Positions 26,753 through 35,513 of a DNA stretch of 42,042 bases are shown here, piece by piece. This DNA comes from a virus. Lineage: Duplodnaviria; Caudoviricetes. Each line of letters begins with the position of its first letter. Within the stretch, counting starts at the first letter, position 1. The translations under genes were made by a program, and so were the position numbers. The notes under the pieces are model-generated. The model ran no database searches, was not told the DNA's origin, and worked only from the letters and a program-made list of their open reading frames with translations. The stretch spans positions 1 to 42,042 of IMG/VR virus record IMGVR_UViG_3300037465_000326; one strand, 5' to 3'.

Positions 26753-27738
26753 TCCGCCTTCAAGATGGCGTACGCGATCGCTTCCGGGATTTGCGGGACG
26801 ACGGCGTTTCCGAGGGCTCTAAGGCGGTCCACCCGAGCGGGAACCCCATGAGCCACTCGACCCACGTCGGGTTCAAACTCCCACCAACCTGTTCGCTCAA
26901 TGGCCGGCTGTTGTCCTGCGTGCCCATCGAACCGGATTTCCAGTCGCGGCTGGTGGGGGTCGCCCAGGTCGTGCGAGCCGACAACGCCTCGATCGGCGTC
27001 CCGCCCTCCCGTGTCTTGGCTGGCGCCGCCAGGCCGTCGTTGCTGCCCGGCGTGCTCGTCGGCGACGGCCACCGCGCATCGCGACCGTACTTGACTTGTA
27101 CGCTCAGTTTCGGCTCGCCCCTGCTGTTTCGAGCAAACTTTCGATCTTGCGAGGCCCCCGCTGTCGGGGTAGACCATAGACTGCGGTTGACCGCCCGACC
27201 CAATTCGTTCCCTGAAGGACCGTTGCTCCGTCCATCCTGGCTGAAGCCGTGCGGGGTAGGCCACGATCCAGATTCGGTCCCGACGGTGAGGAGCGCCAAG
27301 GGCGGAAGCGGGTATACAATGCCATTCCGCATCATACCCGATCTGAGCGAGCGACCCGAGCACTCGATCCAGTCCGCGAGAGCGAAGGGCTGCGACGTTT
27401 TCGGCGACGACCCAGCACGGGCGCGTTTCGGCGATGACCCGGTACATTTCGAACCAAAGGCCGGATCGCTTGCCGCCGAGCCCGGCGCCCTTTCCGGCGA
27501 AGCTGATATCCTGGCAGGGGAACCCGCCGGTAACGACATCGGGCGTGGCATCGATGGCTTCGAGGTATTCGGCGGTGACACGTTTCACGTCTCCTATGAT
27601 CGGCACGCCGGGGAACCTGGCGCGCAGCACACGAACGGCGTAGGGATCTATCTCGCACATAGCGGCGATCTCGAAGCCTGCTCGCCGAAAGCCAAGCTCG
27701 AAGCCGCCGATGCCGCTGAACAGACCCACTACCTTCAC
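26749..27738 (-). CDS. dcm: DNA (cytosine-5) methyltransferase, large (alpha-like) polypeptide
   Basis: Motif I FSGIGG, IV GFPCQD, VI ENV, VIII HRRDRIWIV and X LGNAVVP. GTG start at 27738 overlaps the primase stop. Confidence 0.92.
   Translation of the reverse strand: MKVVGLFSGIGGFELGFRRAGFEIAAMCEIDPYAVRVLRARFPGVPIIGDVKRVTAEYLEAIDATPDVVTGGFPCQDISFAGKGAGLGGKRSGLWFEMYRVIAETRPCWVVAENVAALRSRGLDRVLGSLAQIGYDAEWHCIPASALGAPHRRDRIWIVAYPARLQPGWTEQRSFRERIGSGGQPQSMVYPDSGGLARSKVCSKQQGRAETERTSQVRSRCAVAVADEHAGQQRRPGGASQDTGGRDADRGVVGSHDLGDPHQPRLEIRFDGHAGQQPAIERTGWWEFEPDVGRVAHGVPARVDRLRALGNAVVPQIPEAIAYAILKAD
26760..27581 (-). CDS. Nested alternative-frame methyltransferase polypeptide (beta-like: TRD + motif IX)
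   Basis: Open 273 codons inside dcm with WPTP/WSTP/WPSP/WATP repeats, TPTSRDWK and LNPTWVEWLMGFPLGWT. True start unknown. Confidence 0.65.
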   Translation of the reverse strand: MSPPNTSKPSMPRPMSLPAGSPARISASPERAPGSAASDPAFGSKCTGSSPKRARAGSSPKTSQPFALADWIECSGRSLRSGMMRNGIVYPLPPLALLTVGTESGSWPTPHGFSQDGRSNGPSGNELGRAVNRSLWSTPTAGASQDRKFARNSRGEPKLSVQVKYGRDARWPSPTSTPGSNDGLAAPAKTREGGTPIEALSARTTWATPTSRDWKSGSMGTQDNSRPLSEQVGGSLNPTWVEWLMGFPLGWTALEPSETPSSRKSRKRSRTPS

Positions 27739-29984
27739 GACGGCCACTCGATTTCGTGTCCTATGTACATCTCCCAGGACACGCGGCATTCGTCCAACGA
27801 CGGAATTTCATAGCAGTATTCCAAACATCCGGCAATCCGTTTACGCGATTTTCTCAATCCAGCGTAGGCCCCTAGAAGTTTACCTATCTCTCGTTCGCCG
27901 GGCACACGAGAACGAATGTTCTTCGAGCGCACCCACGCGCCGAACGCATCGCGCAAACGCCTACACCCTACGACCGATTCCCATTGCGTGCAAGTAGACG
28001 AAACCAAATATCCTTCCTCCAACGACTCCAGCCACCACTGCGCCAAAGGTTCCAGTCCGGCGTGCTTCTGATCGAGAAGACCGGCGGTATTCGGCGCCTT
28101 GTTAATATCGACGCGCGACAGGTCGAAGGATTGTAATTCGCGTAGCAGCAGCGCCGCGCCCGCCGCGCCGCCCCGCTCGGCGATCAAGCCGTCCTTCATT
28201 TGCGCGAACCATTCCGCCTGCTTCTGGCGACCGTTGCCGACCTTGAATACGGCAAAGCGGCGTTCATCCGCCGTTGCCGGAACCAGCCACGTCTCGTTGC
28301 CCAATACGGCGATGCGGGTCAAGTTATCGACGGTGTACACACCCTTGCCTTTATGTTCTATTAGGTGCGTACGCCCCGTTATCAAATCTTTTAAAACGCC
28401 TTCCGCTTGCTTGTCGCCGGACCAGAACGCTTCATCCAGTACGAACAGCAGCATCCGTTCCATGTGACCGTTAAAATTTCCCACCAGAAACCGCTTATTG
28501 GCCGTGACCATAAACGAGTCGCCTAGCAACCCGCCGACGATATCGAACACGACGTTTTTACCAGTGCCTTTTTTACCGTGCAGCACCAGGGCGGTAAGCG
28601 GCTTCTCCCACGGCCGCTGGATCATGTGCGCAAAATAGCCCCATAGCCAAAGGCATAAATCCTTATCGCCAGCACATACGTTCAACAGCAGATGTTCTTT
28701 GAACCGGGCCAGCATCGCCGCGGCAAATTCCGGCGGATCGCCTACCAGTGGCTTGACCGCGAAGCCACGCCACAAGTTATAAAATCGATCGGGTGCCTGA
28801 CGCTCGGGCATGAATACAATGCCGTCATAACTGCGACGGTGGCGCCATTCGATCCACGCTTGCGTCATCGGCATGGGCCGGGAATTTTCCCTGGAAATTT
28901 TATCGGCCGCGAATTTCGAGCGAAAAGCCGACATATCCAAGTGGATTAGAGACGGATTGCCCTTGGCGTCGGTCGTCTCCCACAGTATATGCGCTCCGCC
29001 GCCAGCCAAGACGTGAGCAAAATTACGATTGAACACGCCAAGCGGATGTTCGGAAACGGCGATGTCGACGGCCTCGTCGATCGTCGGCTTGCCGGTGAAG
29101 ATCGCGCCGCGCGCTACCGGCTTCAGCGCAGCCTCGGCCGCCTTGTCGCCCTGGCGGTTCTGCGCATAGGCGTAGGCATTGCGGACCTTGACCGCGAGTT
29201 CGGACGGTTTCCACGGCGGCAAGCATCGCTCGTTCCAATGATCGAGCATAAGCGTGAGCGCGTCGCCCTCGTCGGCGCCAAGGTCCCGGAGCCAGCAGGC
29301 GACAACAAAGGTCGTGTGATCGCCACCGGCGCCTTCGACGGCTAGTGGAGCGTGTGCGAGGTAGTCAATCGCTCTATTGCTAATATCTCGTAAGGCCAGT
29401 GTAACCGCAGGGACAGAAGATTGTTGATACGTACGACGAACAATTCCCTGGAGTCGTCGTCCAAGCCATTCAGGAGCAGGTGCAGGCGGTCGATCTTGAA
29501 TTGTTCGGTAAGGTTTCCCCTCCACTGTGCTTCCAGTGCCCAGAACGTACCCGTTACCAGATCGAGTGTCCAATCCCGCGCCAAGTGCCGTGGAAACCGT
29601 GTTCCGTGCCGCAGCCGGAACGCGGAAATAAAGATGCACGCCACCTGATGGCGTACCCACTTCGCGCGTAGGAGGTAGCAGACCTTCCGATACTTCCAGA
29701 GCAACCAGTGAAGCGAAACCATCGCGGCCGCTTTCGATATCGACATCAACAACGATAAGCGCGTCGTACCCGCCGTCATCCCGAACATCGCCGAACCTCC
29801 CCGCGAACACGCCTATGTTGAAATCGGGATTGGCCAACCACCATTCTTCGATCCGCGCACGATCGCGTGTCGCCGCCGAGGGCCACGCATCCACGGCCGG
29901 GCGCTTGGCGTTAGCCTGGCAGGGAAAGACATAAAACCCTTGCGCGGCTAAATCTAACGCATGGTCAAGCTTTGTCGACGGCAA
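27735..29984 (-). CDS. Bifunctional primase-polymerase fused to PriCT-like and SF3/DUF5906 helicase domains
   Basis: GFYVFP, NIGV, VVDVD, TPSGGVHLYF; WNERCLPPW; Walker A GKKGTGKN, Walker B VLDEA and DERRF. Confidence 0.92.
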   Translation of the reverse strand: MPSTKLDHALDLAAQGFYVFPCQANAKRPAVDAWPSAATRDRARIEEWWLANPDFNIGVFAGRFGDVRDDGGYDALIVVDVDIESGRDGFASLVALEVSEGLLPPTREVGTPSGGVHLYFRVPAAARNTVSTALGAGLDTRSGNGYVLGTGSTVEGKPYRTIQDRPPAPAPEWLGRRLQGIVRRTYQQSSVPAVTLALRDISNRAIDYLAHAPLAVEGAGGDHTTFVVACWLRDLGADEGDALTLMLDHWNERCLPPWKPSELAVKVRNAYAYAQNRQGDKAAEAALKPVARGAIFTGKPTIDEAVDIAVSEHPLGVFNRNFAHVLAGGGAHILWETTDAKGNPSLIHLDMSAFRSKFAADKISRENSRPMPMTQAWIEWRHRRSYDGIVFMPERQAPDRFYNLWRGFAVKPLVGDPPEFAAAMLARFKEHLLLNVCAGDKDLCLWLWGYFAHMIQRPWEKPLTALVLHGKKGTGKNVVFDIVGGLLGDSFMVTANKRFLVGNFNGHMERMLLFVLDEAFWSGDKQAEGVLKDLITGRTHLIEHKGKGVYTVDNLTRIAVLGNETWLVPATADERRFAVFKVGNGRQKQAEWFAQMKDGLIAERGGAAGAALLLRELQSFDLSRVDINKAPNTAGLLDQKHAGLEPLAQWWLESLEEGYLVSSTCTQWESVVGCRRLRDAFGAWVRSKNIRSRVPGEREIGKLLGAYAGLRKSRKRIAGCLEYCYEIPSLDECRVSWEMYIGHEIEWPS

Positions 29985-30252
29985 CCGGCACCTGTTGTGT
30001 CGCCTGCGCCGGATCGACGCCGCGCATCCGGTCGTAGGTATTGAGCGCGCCGAGCGTAAAAGCGGCTGTCACAAGTTCCCACAAGTGTCCGTCCGGCGAC
30101 AGCATCTTGAACTCCGGTTTCCAGAACAGGTTGACGAAACCGGTGAGGACCGGCGCACCGACAAAAGCATACACCACGCCGGCAGCGCAGGCCCATCCTA
30201 TCGTCGGTTTCCAGCCGGTATAGTAGAAGCGTCGCGAGCGATGCTCGTTCAT
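29965..30252 (-). CDS. 3TM-holin-like membrane protein (DUF3154/GTA holin family-like)
   Basis: GWKPTIGWAC...LGALNTYDRMRG; ATGA coupling at 30252. Confidence 0.65.
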   Translation of the reverse strand: MNEHRSRRFYYTGWKPTIGWACAAGVVYAFVGAPVLTGFVNLFWKPEFKMLSPDGHLWELVTAAFTLGALNTYDRMRGVDPAQATQQVPVAVDKA

Positions 30253-30440
30253 CGGTTCGCCTCCCATTCGTCCCGGCAATCCGCGTCGCACCAGCGCCGG
30301 CCCGCGCCCACCGTAGCGCCGCAAGACAGGCATGCTCCGGTTGCCCCGACAATAAACCTAGCACTGCTGCGCTGGCGTCGCAAGGCCGCTGCTCTTTGCT
30401 GCTCGGCGAGTTCATTAGCGTCGTCAACTACATCGCTCAT
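30249..30440 (-). CDS. TraR/DksA-like C4 zinc-finger protein
   Basis: MSDVVDDANE (DxxDxA) plus CLSC...WCDADC. Confidence 0.75.
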   Translation of the reverse strand: MSDVVDDANELAEQQRAAALRRQRSSARFIVGATGACLSCGATVGAGRRWCDADCRDEWEANR

Positions 30441-32479
30441 TTGCTGTACCTGTCTCCTATCGAACCCTTGAAGTTTATGGGAAGACCGACCGCCCAGGGC
30501 TCGGGTTGAGAGGCGACGGCCTCGAAACGCTTGACCGTATCGTCGTCAACTACGGAAGCGTCGATCTCGGCGACCGGTTCGTCGTGGACATGCAGCACGA
30601 CCGAGAACCCAGCAGCGCGCAGGCGCTTCATGGCGCCGGCCAGCAAATCGCGGCACAGGGCCTGCGTGTTGTTCTCTACGAGCTTCCCGCCGTAGGTGTG
30701 ATCCTCGCGCCACTGTTTCAACTCGCTGTTCCATCCCCAATAGTGAATCTGCGCACGTGTCTCTCCCCATGGCGTCTCGCGATCCTTTACGGCAGGAAAG
30801 GGGTATGTGAGGACGCGGCCGGACGGCAACCGCGCCAGCAGCATCCAGTCGATGACTTTGTAGTGCGTCTCCCGCCCCCGCGCGCCGCAAGATGTGACCC
30901 GACCGGGCGCGCGCACCGCTTCGAGCGCGGCTTCCTCGGTATCGTACCAAAGCTGGCATATGCGCGAATTGCGCTCACGCCAGAGAATCTTTACCTCGTC
31001 GGCCTTGGCGTCGGAAATCTTCACGCCGTAGGCCTTGGCCAAGGCTTGGAAAGCGCCGACACCGCCCTGGTATCCGCAAGCCAATTCAGGCACCTTGCCG
31101 GCCCACTGGCGCTCGTCCTCGTCCACGTCCTCGATAGTCTTGCCGGTGACAAGCGCGGCCATTACCCGGTACAGGTCAGGCCCGGTGCCTTCGTCGTAGC
31201 GGCGGAACGCATCAAGCTTCCACTGTTCGCCCGCCATCCAGGCCAGCGCTCGTCCCTCGATGTTCGCCGCGTCCGCACGGACCAATTTCTTCCCGTGACC
31301 GCCCGTCAGCATGAACCGCAGTAGAAAAGGCATGATTTGGAATGGGTTGTCGTATACCGCTTCGATCCACTCCGCGGCGCGCTCGGCGGGCCACAGGTTG
31401 ACGACCTTCAGGATCGCCTCGGCGTCCTTCATCGTGAACCACTTCGGCCAGCGCACGAGGTTCTGAAGCTGCACCCCGCGTCCGCCCCAGCGCCCTGTCG
31501 ACGCGGCGCAATACATGAACATTTCGCGCAGCCGGCCGTCCGGCGAGGCGCGCTCGGTCATGCGCTGGAATTTTTTCACCGATGTCTTGGCGGCGATCGC
31601 CCGGAGTTTTATCGCGCGCTTCACCTTGTCCGGCAACGTCTCGTCGGCAAGCAAACCCGGCATGGTTCCCTTGTTGATGGCCTCGACTTGCGGTGCGCCG
31701 TTCTCCTGGCAGAATTTTTTCAGCGATGGCAAGGCCGAGCACTTCGGGACATTGCCGCCTGTCAGGACATTCATATCCGTATCCAAATCCGCCGCCGCGA
31801 CTTTAAGCACCTGTACGATCCGGCTAGAGCTTACCAAATCCACGGCCACGCCGCGCATGTTGATCTCGCGGTCGAGCAGCCAGGTTTCTTTTTCCTCCGG
31901 TGAAAGCGACAATACGACGCGATCGACGGCCTGTTCGGTGCGTACGTCCTGTTTGCAATATTCGCCAAGGCGCCGGAGCAGGTCCTCGCCGCGTTCCCAC
32001 TCGTAGATTTCCCGGCCGTCCGGCCCGATCGGGTAGGCTGTCTGCCCGCGCTTCAACGGCACTGGCCGGCACATGCGCGTCATCAAACGATAGCCGGCAT
32101 CGTCTTTTTCTATTTCAAGACCGAGGGCGGGCGCTACGTCGGCCAGGGAGGGCGGCAGCCCCATGGCGTTCGCGCGTGCCATGACACAATCCATTTGCTC
32201 CAATCGCAAAGCCGGGGCGATGCCGGCCAGTACCGTGTTCTGGATACCGAATTCGAAGGGCGCGTTATAGGCGCAGACAACCCCGCCCGATATCTCGTGC
32301 GCGGCGACATCGGCGGGATACGGCCGGCCCGGAAACCACAAAGACGGTTCTTCGTCATCAAAGGCGTAAGCCATACATATTATATGCGTCGACCAGTGAC
32401 GAACGTAGTTGTCAAAGCCGCGCGCCTTCAAATCGATGGCCGATCCGGTTTCGAAATCCTTGTGAAGGCGTCGCGCCAT
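30437..32479 (-). CDS. polA: Family A DNA polymerase with 3'-5' exonuclease
   Basis: Exo DFET, YNAPFE, YCKQDV; TGRWGG; motif A DAANIEGR, motif B KVPELACGYQGG, motif C HVHDE. Confidence 0.95.
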   Translation of the reverse strand: MARRLHKDFETGSAIDLKARGFDNYVRHWSTHIICMAYAFDDEEPSLWFPGRPYPADVAAHEISGGVVCAYNAPFEFGIQNTVLAGIAPALRLEQMDCVMARANAMGLPPSLADVAPALGLEIEKDDAGYRLMTRMCRPVPLKRGQTAYPIGPDGREIYEWERGEDLLRRLGEYCKQDVRTEQAVDRVVLSLSPEEKETWLLDREINMRGVAVDLVSSSRIVQVLKVAAADLDTDMNVLTGGNVPKCSALPSLKKFCQENGAPQVEAINKGTMPGLLADETLPDKVKRAIKLRAIAAKTSVKKFQRMTERASPDGRLREMFMYCAASTGRWGGRGVQLQNLVRWPKWFTMKDAEAILKVVNLWPAERAAEWIEAVYDNPFQIMPFLLRFMLTGGHGKKLVRADAANIEGRALAWMAGEQWKLDAFRRYDEGTGPDLYRVMAALVTGKTIEDVDEDERQWAGKVPELACGYQGGVGAFQALAKAYGVKISDAKADEVKILWRERNSRICQLWYDTEEAALEAVRAPGRVTSCGARGRETHYKVIDWMLLARLPSGRVLTYPFPAVKDRETPWGETRAQIHYWGWNSELKQWREDHTYGGKLVENNTQALCRDLLAGAMKRLRAAGFSVVLHVHDEPVAEIDASVVDDDTVKRFEAVASQPEPWAVGLPINFKGSIGDRYSK

Positions 32480-32523
32480 TACACTTCGACAATCCTTTTT
32501 CCGCCAAAGTATCGCATGACGTG

Positions 32524-32553
32524 AAAAATACCCCGGCGCTAGTCGCGCCGGGG
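32524..32553 (-). terminator. Intrinsic terminator after ssb
   Basis: Hairpin CCCCGGCGC-5nt-GCGCCGGGG followed on the - strand by TATTTTT. Confidence 0.7.
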
Positions 32554-32572
32554 CGAGTCGGAACAGGGACGC

Positions 32573-33226
32573 TTATGAAAAAAGACTAGCACCGGACGCC
32601 GGGGCTTGTCTAGTCCCTTCCGCCGATGCGGCCGGACGCGCGGCAGGAGTGGCGCCGGCGACGGGCTTGAAGCCCTTGGAAGCGTCGCCGCCGCCGGCGA
32701 AAGGCGTGTCGTCTGCAAGCTTCTGGACGGCGCGCAGGCCGAACGACACGCCCCTGTTCTTAGGGTTGTCGTAGGCGAACGGCGCCAAAACGGCACGCAA
32801 CCAAACGCCAGAATAAAGTTCGTCCTCGGTAAGTTCGCGCGTGAACGAAGCGTCCTTGGTCTGCGGCTTGTACTGCAATTGCGCCCCGGCGCGCACGAAG
32901 ATGCACCCCTTCACGTATCCCTCGTAATCGGGGAACTCGCCCTGGTCGCGGAATGGCGAGCGAATGCGCTGCGCGAATGCCTGATCGTTCAGCTTGTCGC
33001 CCCACTTCTCGCGCGCCACGCGCCCAGCCTCGGCCTTCATGATGGACAGGTCGGTCTTGGGCGTGAATAGCAGCGTGACCTGGTAGGTAGGGTCCTTGTC
33101 GGGCTCCAGCTTATTCTTCTGCGGCCGATGCACGGACACGAACGCGCCACGCGCGGCGGGCGTGACGATCAGACCGTTCTCGGCGATGTAGCCTTGCAAC
33201 ATTTCAGGATCGTTGAACTCGACCAT
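32573..33226 (-). CDS. Single-stranded DNA-binding protein (DUF2815/Enc34/gp2.5-like)
   Basis: SPFRD, ELYSG, NRGVSFGLRAVQKLAD; synteny with PolA and DUF2800. Confidence 0.9.
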   Translation of the reverse strand: MVEFNDPEMLQGYIAENGLIVTPAARGAFVSVHRPQKNKLEPDKDPTYQVTLLFTPKTDLSIMKAEAGRVAREKWGDKLNDQAFAQRIRSPFRDQGEFPDYEGYVKGCIFVRAGAQLQYKPQTKDASFTRELTEDELYSGVWLRAVLAPFAYDNPKNRGVSFGLRAVQKLADDTPFAGGGDASKGFKPVAGATPAARPAASAEGTRQAPASGASLFS

Positions 33227-33267
33227 AGGAGAGTCTCCAAGAGCACAGATAAATCGCCGTATGCCTC

Positions 33268-34602
33268 CTACCCACGCTCGTCGGCGACGGCCGGCGCGGT
33301 GTGCCTGTCGTTCGATACCAGGTGTGCGTCCCGTCGCAGAAAATCGGGAATCTCGTCCACCAGCGGATTGCCGGTCTTGACAACGCCTACGGCTTTCAGC
33401 GCATCGGAGCTTTGCGGTAGAACTGCGGCCGGGCGTTTATCATCGTCGGGAACCAGCGCATAGCCAGTACTTTCCTTGGTCACAATCCCCGCGACGATCG
33501 CCTTCATGTCGACGCCAGGGACCGTCTGCCTTTCCAATCGCGCAGGCGAACGGACTTCCGGCGGCTCGAAGATTGCCGAATCGGGCACGGACTTGGCGCG
33601 CAGCATCGCGACCAGATCGCCGCCTTCCAGCGCGTATTTGCGGCGTCCGATCTTCTCGACGATCTTGTAACCGGGTATTTTCACGCCCGACATGGCCATC
33701 GAGTAGGCCAGTTCGTCGCCCGCCTTGACCAGTGCCAGCAGCACGGACCTGTGTTCCAGCACGAAAGCGAGATTGTCCATGTTCACTAGCGCCATTTGCG
33801 CGCTGGCCGTCTCGTTGATTCCGCCGTCCTTCACTGGCTTGAGCGCGATATCCGCTGCCCTTTTGAGCGAGGCATTCCAATTCGGACACCACCGCTGGCA
33901 GGGACACCATAGGCACCATTCGCCTTGCTTGAGCGGCGCGTCGGGTTTTTCCGTCGCAGCAGCAGCGTCAGCAAGATCGGCCGAAAAATCGACCAGATCG
34001 GCCACGCCAATATCCCACGTACTGGCGGGAGAATCGAGGTATTCGATGCGGGGCTGGAAAATTTCAAGGCTGACACGCTTCACCCCCTTTAACTTTAGGT
34101 GCAGCAAGGCGCCGAGGGCGTAGTATTTCAATTGGGGGTTGTCGACGGGCGAGACGGCTTTGCCGGCGCCGTACTTCAGATCGATCACCCGCAGGACGCC
34201 GGTGGACGGCCGATAGCGCACATAGTCCGCGGTGCCGAAGCAACCGGGGTAGACTTCGGACAGGTCGAATCGGACTTCAACCCATTCCAGGTCCTCCCCG
34301 CGACGATCGGCCCAGCAATACTCCAAATACGATCCGATGTGCTCGACCATATCCTTGTCGGGCTTGACGATACGCTTTTTGCCGCCGCCCTCGTCGACTT
34401 CAATCGGCACACCGATATCGTGCACCGATGTCCACAATCCGCCGCGCAGGCGTTCCGCCGCGTAGGCGTGTGCATCGGAGCCTTCCTCGGCCCACACCGA
34501 GGATTTATACGCCTCGGCGGGCAAAGTGCGGGCCAGGTTAGGTTGACCGGAGCATTGCGACCAGCGGTGCACGCCGCTGCCGCCGAGGAAACTGTGAGCC
34601 AT
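33268..34602 (-). CDS. DUF2800 / Cas4-like PD-(D/E)xK exonuclease
   Basis: HS..GGS..RWSQC, AEEGSDAH, FGTAD, IDLKYG, NPQLKYYALG, QPR, WCLWCPCQRWC. Confidence 0.9.
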   Translation of the reverse strand: MAHSFLGGSGVHRWSQCSGQPNLARTLPAEAYKSSVWAEEGSDAHAYAAERLRGGLWTSVHDIGVPIEVDEGGGKKRIVKPDKDMVEHIGSYLEYCWADRRGEDLEWVEVRFDLSEVYPGCFGTADYVRYRPSTGVLRVIDLKYGAGKAVSPVDNPQLKYYALGALLHLKLKGVKRVSLEIFQPRIEYLDSPASTWDIGVADLVDFSADLADAAAATEKPDAPLKQGEWCLWCPCQRWCPNWNASLKRAADIALKPVKDGGINETASAQMALVNMDNLAFVLEHRSVLLALVKAGDELAYSMAMSGVKIPGYKIVEKIGRRKYALEGGDLVAMLRAKSVPDSAIFEPPEVRSPARLERQTVPGVDMKAIVAGIVTKESTGYALVPDDDKRPAAVLPQSSDALKAVGVVKTGNPLVDEIPDFLRRDAHLVSNDRHTAPAVADERG

Positions 34603-34871
34603 CAACCGCCTACCGCGTCCAAATACAAGTCGATAAGCTCGGCTTCCTTGGCACGTTCCGCCTTGTCGCGCTTGCGGATCGCGATCACCTTGCGGATGAT
34701 CCTGGTGTCGTATCCAGCGGACTTCGCTTCGCTAAAGATTTCCCTGATATCGTCGGCAAGGCCCGCCTTTTCCTCGTTCAACCGTTCAATCCGCTGAACG
34801 ATGGATTTCAGCCGATCCGGAGCGACGCTGTTATGCCCTCTCGTCGCGACGGGCGTTTCCGCGCCGGTCAA
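34602..34871 (-). CDS. gapR: GapR / DUF2312 nucleoid-associated protein
   Basis: RLKSIVQRIERLNEEK...EAKSAGYDTRIIRKVIAIRK...LYLDA; TTGA coupling at 34871. Confidence 0.92.
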   Translation of the reverse strand: MTGAETPVATRGHNSVAPDRLKSIVQRIERLNEEKAGLADDIREIFSEAKSAGYDTRIIRKVIAIRKRDKAERAKEAELIDLYLDAVGG

Positions 34872-35458
34872 GACACAGCCAATACGTCGTGCAACGCCTC
34901 GCCGCCCATAACCCGCTGACATACATTGATTATATTCGCGCCATCCTTGACGCAATCGATTTCCTTAATCGAGCGGTAATCGAAATGTTTCAACACAGCT
35001 TTGAGACTTTCGATGCCTCCCGTATTAGCAGCCTCGTTCATGGCCACAAGCGCATCGCGCACCTGCTCGATCTTAGGAGCGTCCCCCGCCACGCGTGGAA
35101 TGGCGGGGGACGCCCCGACCTTGGCGGCGCTGGAGGCTTCACTGCCAAGGAAGCTGGTATCGGCTTCTACGGGTTGCGGCGCGACAGTAGACGGTGCCGC
35201 AACCGGCGGAACGCCTCCGGCCGGAACATGGACGGTGCGAATGCCGGTACTTGGGTTGATCGTAATGTCGCCGGGTTTGGACGAAGAATTAGAAGAAAGA
35301 ATTTCCGGCTGCGGCGCCGCAGTCTTACGGGGGCGACCTGGAGACTTCGGCGCCGCAGCCGGCTCCCCCTGCCTGGTGGAAACGTTGAACATCGCGGCGA
35401 CATCCGAGACAATCTCGTCGAACGTGTCGCCGGAAAATGTGACGGAAATCTTGGCCAT
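34868..35458 (-). CDS. Hypothetical protein (Pro/Ala-rich linker, small helical C-terminal domain)
   Basis: GGAGG RBS; usual position upstream of DUF2800; PGRPRK AT-hook-like motif. Confidence 0.75.
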   Translation of the reverse strand: MAKISVTFSGDTFDEIVSDVAAMFNVSTRQGEPAAAPKSPGRPRKTAAPQPEILSSNSSSKPGDITINPSTGIRTVHVPAGGVPPVAAPSTVAPQPVEADTSFLGSEASSAAKVGASPAIPRVAGDAPKIEQVRDALVAMNEAANTGGIESLKAVLKHFDYRSIKEIDCVKDGANIINVCQRVMGGEALHDVLAVS

Positions 35459-35485
35459 TGTTTGCCTCCAAGGATTACTATGGCG

Positions 35486-35513
35486 ATTATAATACCTCAC
35501 CTCGATTTGTCAA
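35486..35513 (-). promoter_or_regulatory. Consensus sigma70 promoter driving the replication genes
   Basis: Minus strand TTGACA-16nt-TATAAT, then GGAGG and ATG at 35458. Confidence 0.8.

Noticed and set aside
26749-27738. Complete restriction-modification system
   Set aside because: No adjacent endonuclease; the neighbours are the o-spanin and the primase, so the methyltransferase is treated as an orphan.
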